Shown piece after piece: positions 1 through 10,646 of a stretch of DNA of 64,000 nucleotides. The notes beneath the pieces are model-generated. The model was given only the letters and a program-made list of their open reading frames with translations, was not told the origin of the DNA and searched no databases. Source of the DNA: Chiloscyllium plagiosum (lineage: Eukaryota); the NCBI RefSeq assembly GCF_004010195.1, contig NW_025215381.1, forward strand, positions 937,909-1,001,908. The letters run 5' to 3'. How positions within the stretch are numbered: the stretch's first letter is position 1; every line of letters starts with the position of its first letter. Made by a program: the position numbers and the translations under genes.

Positions 1-64
1 ATGATGGTACTGGGTCACCTTGATCTTGTGGCCCTGGGAATGATGGTACTGGGTCACCTTGATC
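1..64. repeat. Short tandem repeat, 39-bp unit, ~1.6 copies visible
   Basis: atgatggtactgggtcaccttgatct occurs at 1 and 40. Confidence 0.8.
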
Positions 65-1404
65 TGAAGTAGTTCAGTACAACTGAGGGCAGGAAACTCA
101 ACCCCATTGATAAAGGCCACTGGAGCCATTTACAGACCCAGAGCAAATAAAGACTGAGGTTTGCCTCGGTAAAGGACACTTGGAAAGCAGTTGGGTTCTT
201 TCTGCAACCCTACATTTTCACACTTTGCTTCACTGATACCAGCTTTTGATTTCTGCCATTTTCTTTGAATAGAATTCATTTTCCTAACTTCAGAATGTGA
301 TTTAAACTCCTGGTCTGGTATTAGTACCAGCATGTTCATCTTTTCCCCAGATAGTTTTTGCATGCGTGACCCAATAACTGGTGTTTTGTCTCCAGTTAAC
401 TGCCACATGAGTCTGGAGATCAAATAGTGAACAATAGAGACTAGTATCTGCACATTTTTAGCCACTGGGGGAATTGTTGCAATCCTGGGCCGGGCTCGTA
501 AACTTGAGTTTTCATTTGACTAGTAATTTATTTTAAAAGTTAAAGACCCATGCACTTAAGAGAATAAAGGCACAAGATTCCATGGTTTTGAACAATCAAC
601 TATAAACTTGACTATCCAAAGTTAGAACAGGAATACCATCTATAATATATGTACAATTTGTATTCTAACGTTCAGAATTAATACAAGTCAAATATAGATA
701 ACAAACTGTGATCAAACAGTTTGTTATCTATATTCTACCTCACGCATTGAATTGAAAATGTAAATCCCATGGACTTCTCCACAATACCACCACCTCCCTT
801 CAATCCAATGTTAGTGATACAGTGGATAATCAAATCTTAGTCAAACTTCACAAAGCATTCCAATTGATCACTTTTGACAACCTGACCTTCAAACTCCCTC
901 AAGAGAAGCTCCACGACAGTTCACATTCTAGTATTTCATGTCTTTTTTTGGGGTCTGTGCTCCTCTGGATTCTGCACAGTGCACTCCAGCTCTTAGTCTC
1001 AGATGCATTTCTAGCTTTTCACTGACTGCCAGGTTCACCATGCTAGTACTACACCTTGAGTTTCCCTGAAATTGTAACCTTATTCAGTTGTATCAAGCAC
1101 ATGCTATTTGTAGGCTTTTCAACACCAGCTTGACTGAATTATTTGCAAGCTTCCCTGAACTCCTTCATCTTCCAGGACTTCCTGATCCCCAAACTAAATG
1201 GAGCTAACTAACTGACTTTGGGACTTCTCATGGAGTCCCCTGCATAGAGCCATTGTAGTTCAGTTGCCTTCCTAGTAACACTGTTCTTGCCTGCAGCTTG
1301 CTTCTCTCTCCCTTTCTCACTGTGTCTCCCAAATACAATTGCTTTCTAACTGCCTTTCACATTGAAACTGCTCTTCAATGGGCCTTGAAGTGTTTTGGGG
1401 TGAG

Positions 1405-1840
1405 CTGTGGAGGGTTTGAGCTATAAGGAGAGGCTGAATAGGCTGGGGCTGTTTTCCCTGGAGCGTCGGAGGCTGAGGGGTGACCTTATAGAGGTTTGTA
1501 AAATCATGAGGGGCATGGATAGGATAAATAGACTATGTCTTTTCCCTGGGGCAAGGGCGTTCAGAACTGGAGCACATAGGTTTAGGGTGAGAAGGGAAAG
1601 ATATAAAAGGGACTTAAGGGGCAACATTTTAATGTAGAGGGTGGTGAATGTATGGAATGAGCTGCCAGAGGAAGTAGTGCAGGCTGGTACAATTACAGCA
1701 TTTAAAAGGGATCTGGATGGGTATATGAATAGGAAGGGTTTGGAGGTATATAGATCAAGTGCTGGCAAATAGGACTGGTTGGCATGGATGAGTTGGACCG
1801 AAGGGTCTGTTTCCGTGCTGTACATCTCTATAACTCTATT
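1405..1840 (+). mobile_element. CR1-clade LINE 3' end
   Basis: ORF 1407-1637 ([29 protein letters not shown]) is the CR1 ORF2 C-terminus; tail ...ttggaccgaagggtctgtttcc...actcta. Confidence 0.9.
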
Positions 1841-1853
1841 GAAAACATTGCAC

Positions 1854-2166
1854 TGGTATGGTGGCTCAGTGGTTAGCACTACTGCCTCACAGTGCTGGGG
1901 ACCTGGGTTCAATTCCAGCCTTGGGTGGACTATCTATACAAAATTTGCAAGTTCTGCCCATGAAAGCATGGGGTTCCTCCCGAGTGCTCTGATTTCCTCA
2001 CACAGTCCAAAGATGTGCAAGTTAGCTGTGCTAAATTGTCCGTACTGTCCAGGCATTTGGGGACAGGGCATAGGGCTGGGACTGTGGGATGCTATTTGGA
2101 AAGTCAAGCTGACTCATTGGGCTGAATGGCCTCTTTCCACACCGTACAAATTCAGAGTTTCTATGA
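1854..2166 (+). mobile_element. tRNA-derived SINE (HE1/V-SINE-like), diverged
   Basis: A-box gtggctcagtgg, B-box ggttcaattcc, CR1-like tail. Confidence 0.85.
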
Positions 2167-2701
2167 TGAGGTCACTTTGTGCCTAGACAGTATTGAATAT
2201 AAGCATTTGCTAAATGGGTTACATTGTAAACGTTGTGTGCAACACGCATTGTTTTCGTCACAGAATGAGCACCAGTGTTCCTTCCAACTACAACAACTTA
2301 TTTATATAGCGTATTTCATGTGAAACAAAATTTGTCCAAGTCTTATAAGGAGATGGTGGGTAAAGTTCTTGAAGAAGTTACATAGGAGATTGACGAGAAT
2401 AATACCAGCAATGAATGATTTAAGATATAAGGAAAGATTAGAGAAATTTGGCCTTATTCTGCTTGGAGCAGACAAGGTAACAAGTTGACATTATTGAGGT
2501 GTTCAAAATTATGAACAATTTGGACAGTGAAGAAGGATATTCTGTTTCCATTGGTTGGTATATCTGTAACTCGGTGTCACAATTTCAAGACTGTCAGCAA
2601 GAGAGGTAGAAACTAGCTGGGTGGCTCTTTCAGGAGTCAGTGAAGGCATGATGGGTTGAATGGCCTGTACTGTAAATTCTAAGATTGTATGACATAAAAT
2701 C

Positions 2702-3010
2702 CACGGTGGTACAGTGGTTAGCACTGCTGCCTTACAGCGCCAGAGACCCGGGTTCAATTCCTACCTCAGGCGACTGATTGTGTGGAGTTTGCACGTTCTC
2801 CCCGTGTCTGCGTGGGTTTCCTCCGGGTCCTCCGGTTTCCTCCCATGGTACAAAGATGTGCAGGTCAGGTGAATTGGCTATGCTAAATTGCCCATAGTGT
2901 TAGGTAAGGGGTAAATGTAGGGGTATGGGTGGGTTGCGCTTCGGCGGGTAGGTGTGAACTTGTTGGGCCGAAGGGCCTGTTTCCACACTGTAAGTAATCT
3001 AATCTAATCT
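2702..3010 (+). mobile_element. tRNA-derived SINE (HE1/V-SINE-like)
   Basis: Pol III boxes, central tgtggagtttgcacgttctccccgtgtctgcgtggg domain, (aatct)n tail. Confidence 0.9.
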
Positions 3011-3039
3011 ATAAAGCTTTGTCAATGTTTTAAGGATTC

Positions 3040-3499
3040 ACTTTAAAGTGGAAAATCAGATAGGGGAGGCTAAGAGGTTTAGGGGGGGAATTGTAAAGCT
3101 TTTGGCCCAAACACTTGATCACCAGACTCAGTGATGGAGCAATAGGAAATGGAGGATGCTCAAGAGGCCAGAATTAGAAGAGCAGAGAGGTCTCTTTGAC
3201 TGGAAGGCTGAAGGAGGTTAGGGGAAGGGGAGGCCACAGAGAGATTTTAAAACAAGGATGAGAATTTTAAAATTAAGGAGTGGATGGATAGAATAGGGCA
3301 ACAGGAATTAAATTACGATATGGACAGCAGAGTTTTGGATGTTATAAATTTTATAGATGGGAGAATTTAGGAGAGCAGCCGTGAGAGTTTTAGAAAAGTC
3401 AAGTTCAGAGGTGATGATGTTCTCAGCAGCAGATGAACTGAGGTAGGAAAAGCCACATGGTGCTATGGAGGTGTCTACAGACAACCTTAGTGGCACCAT
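3040..3499 (-). mobile_element. Old L2-like LINE fragment, continued at 5374-5530; it is the target of the PLE insertion
   Basis: Minus-strand peptide YLSSSAAEN..TSELDFS..IYNIQNSAVHI resembles the L2 ORF2 C-terminus; the remnant QSVHNLGVTF continues across the TSD. Confidence 0.6.
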
Positions 3500-3641
3500 T
3501 GCTGTGGTTCTGTTCGCCGAGCTGGAAGTTTTTGTTGCAAACGTTTCGTCCCCTGTCTAGGTGACATCCTCAGTGCTTGGGAGCCTCCTGTGAAGCGCTT
3601 CTGTGGTGTTTCCTCCGGCATTTATAGTGGCCTGTCCCTGC
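3500..3641 (-). mobile_element. Penelope-like element (family B) 3' fragment, inverted arm
   Basis: Reverse complement of 5199-5340; carries a hammerhead motif. Confidence 0.85.
3536..3576 (-). ncRNA. Minimal type I hammerhead ribozyme motif (family B), core intact
   Basis: GCA CUGAGGA U GUCACC UAGACA GGGGAC GAAA CG UU UGC; stem I GCA/UGC. Confidence 0.75.
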
Positions 3642-5017
3642 TCGTGCTATTCTGAACTAATCCCATCTGCCTGCATATGGCATGTATCCTTGCCTGTCAT
3701 GTACCTAAACGCCTCAAATTTTGCTGTTGAATCTGCTTCTATAACTTCTCCTGGCAGTGCATTTCCAGGACTTACTACCATCTGTGGAAAACACTTACCT
3801 CGAACATCTCCTTTAAACTTGCCCTCTCTCACCTTAACCCTGTCAAGCCTAGTATTTGGCATTTGCACCCTGGGAAAAAGACACTGACCATCCACCCTAT
3901 CTGTACCTCTCATAATTTTGTACACTTCTATTTGATCATCCCTCAGCCTCCATTGCTCTACCAAAAACAATCCCAGTTTGTCCAACCTCTCCTTATAGCT
4001 AATACACTCTAATCCAAGCAACATCTGGTAAACCTCTTGCACACTCTCCAAAGTCTCCACGTTCCTGCTGTAGTGTGTGAAGAGAACTGCATACAATGCC
4101 TCAAATGTGGTCTGACTGATGTTTTATGTAACTGCAAGATGATGTGCCAATTTTTAAACTCAATAACCCAACTAATCAAGGTAAGCATGCGGTGTGTTTC
4201 CTTTATCACTTGTGTTGCCAATTTCAGGGAGTGACAGACTTGCATCCCAAGATCCCTCTGCATATCAATGCTCCTAAGGGATCTGCCATTTACTGTACAC
4301 TTTCCTCTTGTATTTGACCTCCTAAAATGCATTTACATTTGTCCAGATTAAACTTCAGCTGCCATTTCTCTGCCTGATTTCCCAAGCAATCGGTATCCTT
4401 TTGTACCCTTTGACAACTGCCCTCATTATCCACAACTCTACCAATCTTTGTGTCGTCTGCAAACTTATTAGTCAGACCACCTACATTTTCATCCAAATCA
4501 TCTGTGCATGCACTACAACAAACACAGGTCTTAGCACTGATTATTGCGGAACACTAACCTCAAGTCAGAAAAACAATTGTACCGAACTGAAGTATCCCAA
4601 GAAATAACAAAGAACTGCAGATGGTGGGAAATCAGAACAAAACAGAAATTGTTAGAAAAACTCAGCAGGTCTGGTAGCAGCTGTGGAGAGAAAGCAGAAG
4701 TTGCAGGTCCAGTGACACTTCCTCAGAAATATCTCAACCTGTCAGTCAAAAATAAGAAAGCATTAAGTTGAGCAGGAATTTTTCAGTTCCTTCTCATTCA
4801 TATTCATCTCCTAGTCACTGACTATCTCCACCCCCAAGGCAACAGTCTCCAGATGAAACCAGTCTGTTCACAACCTTGGTGTCACATTCAGATGTACTTC
4901 TGACCATTATCCATGGTGCCACTAAAGTTTGTGAGAAGATTTGTAGCTTGGGTGCTCGTTGCTGTGGTTCTGTTCGCCTAGCTGGAAGTTTTTGTTGCAA
5001 ACGTTTCGTCCCCTGTC

Positions 5018-5373
5018 ACGACAAGCAACATGAATTTGAGTGGGACAACACTACCATTATAGGGCAAGCGAAACAAAGAACAGCCAGGGAATTCCTAGAA
5101 GCATGGCACTCATCCACAAACTTCATCAACAAACACATAGACCTGGACCCAATATACCGGGCACTACAGCGGACAGCTGAAACTGACAACCGGAAGTGGC
5201 AGGGACAGGCCACTATAAATGCCGGAGGAAACACCACAGAAGCGCTTCACAGGAGGCTCCCAAGCACTGAGAATGTCACCTAGACAGGGACGAAACGTTT
5301 GCAACAAAAACTTCCAGCTCAGGGAACAGAACCACAGCAACGAGCACCCGAGCTACAAATCTTCTCACAAACT
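5018..5373 (+). mobile_element. Penelope-like element (family B) 3' end with GIY-YIG endonuclease C-terminus
   Basis: [46 protein letters not shown]-like motif at ~5264-5302 (G8 mutated); TSD ttagtggcaccat at 3487-3499 and 5374-5386. Confidence 0.85.
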
Positions 5374-5569
5374 TTAGTGGCACCATGGATAATGGTCAGA
5401 AGTACATCTGAATGTGACACCAAGGTTGTGAACAGACTGGTTTCATCTGGAGACTGTTGCCTTGGGGGTGGAGATAGTCAGTGACTAGGAGATGAATATG
5501 AATGAGAAGGAACTGAAAAATTCCTGCTCAACTTAATGCTTTCTTATTTTTGACTGACAGGTTGAGATA

Positions 5570-5695
5570 TTTCTGAGGAAGTGTCACTGGACCTGCAACT
5601 TCTGCTTTCTCTCCACAGCTGCTACCAGACCTGCTGAGTTTTTCTAACAATTTCTGTTTTGTTCTGATTTCCCACCATCTGCAGTTCTTTGTTAT
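5570..5695 (+). mobile_element. Short PLE-related 3'-end repeat with degenerate HHR (mirrored at ~4604-4729)
   Basis: ctgaggaagtgtcactggacctgcaac...gacctgctgagtttttc...catctgcagttc; similar to 53565-53655 and 55955-56040. Confidence 0.6.
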
Positions 5696-5789
5696 TTCTT
5701 GGGATACTTCAGTTCGGTACAATTGTTTTTCTGACTTGAGGTTAGTGTTCCGCAATAATCAGTGCTAAGACCTGTGTTTGTTGTAGTGC

Positions 5790-6715
5790 ATGCACAGATG
5801 ATTTGGATGAAAATGTAGGTGGTCTGACTAATAAGTTTGCAGACGACACAAAGATTGGTAGAGTTGTGGATAATGAGGGCAGTTGTCAAAGGGTACAAAA
5901 GGATACCGATTGCTTGGGAAATCAGGCAGAGAAATGGCAGCTGAAGTTTAATCTGGACAAATGTAAATGCATTTTAGGAGGTCAAATACAAGAGGAAAGT
6001 GTACAGTAAATGGCAGATCCCTTAGGAGCATTGATATGCAGAGGGATCTTGGGATGCAAGTCTGTCACTCCCTGAAATTGGCAACACAAGTGATAAAGGA
6101 AACACACCGCATGCTTACCTTGATTAGTTGGGTTATTGAGTTTAAAAATTGGCACATCATCTTGCAGTTACATAAAACATCAGTCAGACCACATTTGAGG
6201 CATTGTATGCAGTTCTCTTCACACACTACAGCAGGAACGTGGAGACTTTGGAGAGTGTGCAAGAGGTTTACCAGATGTTGCTTGGATTAGAGTGTATTAG
6301 CTATAAGGAGAGGTTGGACAAACTGGGATTGTTTTTGGTAGAGCAATGGAGGCTGAGGGATGATCAAATAGAAGTGTACAAAATTATGAGAGGTACAGAT
6401 AGGGTGGATGGTCAGTGTCTTTTTCCCAGGGTGCAAATGCCAAATACTAGGCTTGACAGGGTTAAGGTGAGAGAGGGCAAGTTTAAAGGAGATGTTCGAG
6501 GTAAGTGTTTTCCACAGATGGTAGTAAGTCCTGGAAATGCACTGCCAGGAGAAGTTATAGAAGCAGATTCAACAGCAAAATTTGAGGCGTTTAGGTACAT
6601 GACAGGCAAGGATACATGCCATATGCAGGCAGATGGGATTAGTTCAGAATAGCACGATGGTCAGCACAGACATAGTGGGTCAAAGGGCTTGTTCCGGTGC
6701 TGCACTGTGATCTTG
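5790..6715 (+). mobile_element. CR1 LINE RT 3' portion (inverted copy at 3642-4510)
   Basis: [27 protein letters not shown]; frameshifted. Confidence 0.9.
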
Positions 6716-6874
6716 CATAGAATTGGATTTAAGCTTATATTGTGAAAATGAAGGGAGGAGATAGTCAGGATAAATACAATATTGCAATAAATGCAGTATC
6801 TCCAATTGAAAGGATGTGACTAGTGATGAAGCTGAAGGTTTTCCTATGGAGTCACCACTTTTCCTAGAGGTTGA

Positions 6875-7235
6875 AACATGAGGACCCAGGACGGAAAGTA
6901 ATAGTGCTGATCTGAGGCGGTGGAAGAGCTTCTGTGGGACTGCTTGGAATTGGTGGATTGGTCCATGTTCAAGAATGCAGTGGCTAACCTGCACCAGTAC
7001 CCTGCCACCACTGTCACTGACTTCATTAGCAAGTAAACAGAGGACTGTGTACCAAAGAAGTCAATTCATATGATTCCCAACCAGAAAATATGGATGAACT
7101 GGGAAATCCATTGCCTAACCATTGAATAACTTCCTGTACCGGATCCTCAAGCTTTAGTTTCTGCTTGTAAGCCAGAAGAAGCAGCACAACCTGATAGTCT
7201 GATTTACCAAAATGCGGGATGGAGCAGTTAGGCGT
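6875..7235. mobile_element. Rex1/Babar-like LINE fragment with internal inversion
   Basis: + strand DCLELVDWSMFKN..TTVTDFISK..PNQK-WMN abuts - strand PHFGKSDYQVVLLLLAYKQKLKLEDPVQEVIQW. Confidence 0.6.
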
Positions 7236-7934
7236 CTTTGATTCACAAACAATTATGATTATTTTCTCCAAAGCTATTTCGCGTAATTTTTCCAAATTCT
7301 CTGAAGCGTTGGATTAATTTAGTAACTCCTACCTTTTTTTTAATACTGTGCTATAATGAATCAATACCTTCATCTCTGTTAATCATCATAGCCACTTGAG
7401 TTGTTCATTAGTCACTGGGCGTTGATACTGTTGCTGTTACATACTCGCTTGCACAGGCATCTCCTTATCTAACACAGTTACCGGAAACAGGTCAAATATG
7501 CTTTCTTCTTTTGCTACTTTGTCCTCATTCCCCACTGACCTACATCAGTTTCTGGTTAAGCAGAGTCTTGATGTTAAATGTGTTCAACCGTATCAAATTC
7601 CTCCATAGCCTTGTCCTATCCCTGTCTTGCTAATTCCCTCCCAATTCCATATCACTCCGGGATATCTGTGCCCCTTTTCTTCTAATCTTTTTAATATTTT
7701 TGTTTTCTTTACTCATTATAAAATGACTGTGCTGTCAGATGTATTGCTCTGAATGTTGGAGCTACCTCCCTGAACCTAGCAGCCAGCGAACTCCTTTTCT
7801 GTGTCATTAAAACCCACCAATGCTTTCAATCATCCCCGACCAACTCCTTTTACGTTGATGTTAAATGTCAGTGTTCACTGCTGTTATGAAGCACCTCGGG
7901 GAAATTTTATTCATGGTTCCATTGTAATGCAAGG

Positions 7935-9840
7935 TTCCAGTGCTAGAAAAGCTAAAAGGTCTAAAAATTGATAAATCTCCTAGCCCTGATGGGCTACATT
8001 CTAGAGTTCTGAAGGAGGTGGCTGAAGAAATAGCAGAGGCGTTGTTGTGATCTTTCAAAAGTTACTGGAGTCGGGGAAAGTCCCAGATGATGATTGGAAA
8101 ATTGTTGTTGTAACCCCCTTATTCAAGAAAAGATAAAGACAAAAGATGGAAAATTATAGGCCGATTAGCATTACCTCGGTTCGTAACAACCATCGTTAAG
8201 GAAGAGATTTCTAAATTCGTGGAAGTGCAGGGTTGGATTAGAACAAGTCAGCATGGATTTAATAAGGTAGAGATGAAATTACGTGATGAGTCTCATGTCA
8301 GTGGTAGAGAAATTATTGGAGAAAATTCTGAATGAAACAACTAATGTCCACTTGGAAAGGCATGGGTTAGGTAGGGATAGTCAGCATGGCTTTGTCAGAG
8401 GAAGGTCATGCCAAACAAATATGCTAGAATTTCTCGAAAATGTGATCAAGTATGTGGATGAGGCAAGTTCAGTTAATGTGGTTTATATGTATTTTAGCCA
8501 AGCTTTTGACAAGGGGGGGTGGACAGTTTGAGAAGGCTGAAGCACATGGAATTCAGGGAAACTTGGCGAAATGGATCAGAAGCTGGCTTAGTAATAGAAC
8601 ACAAAGGTGGTTGAGTGACAGGAGGCCGATATCCAGCGGTGTACTACAAGAATCAGTTTGTCGTATACAGATGAAAATGTGTGGGGGTGTTAACTGGGAT
8701 AATTATTCACAGATCTCTGAAGTCGGCAGAGCTCGTGAATAGGATAGTTAAGAAGGCATGTGGGGCATTTGCTTTCATCAGTTGTGGCATAGCATATAAG
8801 AGCAAGGAGGTAATGTTGGAGCTGTACAGGGCATTGTTTAGGCTATAGCTGAAGTACTGTGTCTGTTCTGGTCACCTCATTGTAGGAAGGATGTGATCGT
8901 ACTAGACGGGGTGCTAAGGAGGTTCATTGGGATGTTGCCTGGGATGGAGAAATTGAGCTATGAGGAGAGACAAGATAGGCTTGGATTGTGTTTTTTTAGA
9001 GCAGAGAAGACTTGTTGGCGGGGGGGGAGGGGGGTCCATGATTGAGATATCTAAGTTTTTGATGGGTATGGACAGGGTGAATAGACAGCAGCTGCTCCCC
9101 TTGGTTGAGGGCACATAACCTTAGGGTAAGGGACAGGAGATTCAGAGGGGATTTGAGAAAAAAAATGTTTTCACTCGAGGATGGGAATCTGGAATGCGCT
9201 GCCTGGGAAAATAGTGGAGGCTGGAAAAATTGCAACCTTCAAAAAGATTTGGATGAGCATTTGAAGTATATTCAAAATATGGAGAAAGTGGGTACAGAGG
9301 ACATGAAGGTCCTGGGCCGCCTCCATCGCCACTCCCTCATCACCCAACACCTAGAGGAAGAATGCCTCACGTTCTGCCTCGGGACCGTTCAACCCCAGGG
9401 CATCGATGTGGACTTCACCAGTTTCCTCATTTCCCCCTCCCCCCACCTTATTCCAGCTCAGCACCGTCCTCATGGCCTTTCCCACCTGTCAATCCTCCTT
9501 CCCACCTATCCGCTCCACCCTCCTCTCCGACCTATCACCTTCACCCCCACTTCCATCCACCTATTGCACTCTCAGTTACCCTCTCCCCAGCCCCACCACC
9601 CTTCCATTTATCCCTGCACCCCGAGGCTCCTAGCCTCATTGTTGATGAAGGGCTCCTGCCCGAAATGTTGATTCTTCTGCTCCTCGGATGCTGCCTGACC
9701 TGCTGTGCTTTTCCAGCACCACCCTCTCCCGATTCTAAAATATGGGGCAAGTGCAGGAAATTGGGATTGGTGCGCCATTAATGATAGTTATTTTGGTGCA
9801 GACCTGATGGGCCGAAGGGCCTTTTCTATTCTATTCTATT
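7935..9840 (+). mobile_element. Degenerate CR1 LINE fragments (RT region), interrupted by a PLE at ~9295-9735
   Basis: KSPSPDGLHSRVLKEVAEEI, SQHGFVRGRSC, FSQAFDK, CR1 tail. Confidence 0.85.
9295..9735 (+). mobile_element. Penelope-like element (family A, Neptune-type) 3' fragment
   Basis: EDMKVLGRLHRHSLITQHLEEECLTFCLGTVQPQGIDVDF (GIY-YIG C-terminus); HHR-like motif at ~9642-9672 (C3 mutated). Confidence 0.85.
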
Positions 9841-10534
9841 GTAAATAATTCTAAGACACTTCTGCTCTTGTGAGGAGGAATATGTCATTCAGCCCCATGA
9901 GCCTGCTCTAACATTCATCATCATGACTGATCGTCTACCGCAATATCATTTTCACATGCTATCCTGTTTCCCTTGATGTTGTTAGTATCTGAAAAGCTTT
10001 TGATCCATGTGCTGCACAGTTCAATGACTGACTTTATCAATCCCCTTCTTGAAGAGCTGTTTTCCTCCATAATATGATTGAGGCTTTGTGGGCAAATCTG
10101 ACATGACCTTGAAACAATATGTATCATTGACACAATATTGGTACATATCAGTAAAGACTGTTATTCAGTGTAAAAATGTTTTGAGATCATGAAATCTATT
10201 GTCCTGTAGCTGAAACTAGCCCAAGGTCTTTCATAGTTTTTCAGTCACTCTTTCAGTCACTCTTCATGTTTGAAGTCAGAGTCAAAGGTGAAATCCCTGA
10301 TTTTCTCCTCCTCAAAAATGGGGCTATAGAAGCGACCATGAGATTGTGGACATTCTAGCTCAATGTCCTTTGGTTTATTGAGAGGCACTATTTCTGTATT
10401 CCCAACATTTCTGCAGGTATTATAACCAAATGGAAAAGTTAATTGAAAATTCGATTTTGTTTGTAACATTTTGCGTTGCTTTGTGTGCACTAATTAATAT
10501 TAATATTAATACTTTGCTCCTGCTTCCTCAATAG

Positions 10535-10646
10535 ATCCGGATTGACAAATTGGTGGACAAATGGTCTGGCTCAATCGAAATTGGTATCACCATGCACAAC
10601 CCAAACAACTTGGACTACCCAGCAACAATGACCAATCTCCGTTCAG
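10535..10646 (+). CDS. NEURL4: NEURL4 exon A ([17 protein letters not shown]...MTNLRS)
   Basis: caatag|ATC ... TCAG|gtcggg; 112 nt, phase 0 to 1. Confidence 0.95.

Larger units (their letters stand above)
3642..6657. repeat. Long inverted repeat: arms 3642-5017 and 5283-6657, 265-bp spacer
   Basis: Mirror-image ORFs with identical translations whose coordinates all sum to 10299; both ends checked base by base. Confidence 0.97.

Noticed and set aside
470..1380. Possible LTR-like element
   Set aside because: No confident termini, TSD or second copy in the window.
7330..7940. Possible old Tigger-like DNA transposon remnant
   Set aside because: Only one end loosely resembles a TIR; no matching second TIR or transposase motif could be confirmed by eye.
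1..10534. Upstream NEURL4 exons
   Set aside because: I found no sequence encoding the expected N-terminal part of NHR2; the region appears to be intronic.
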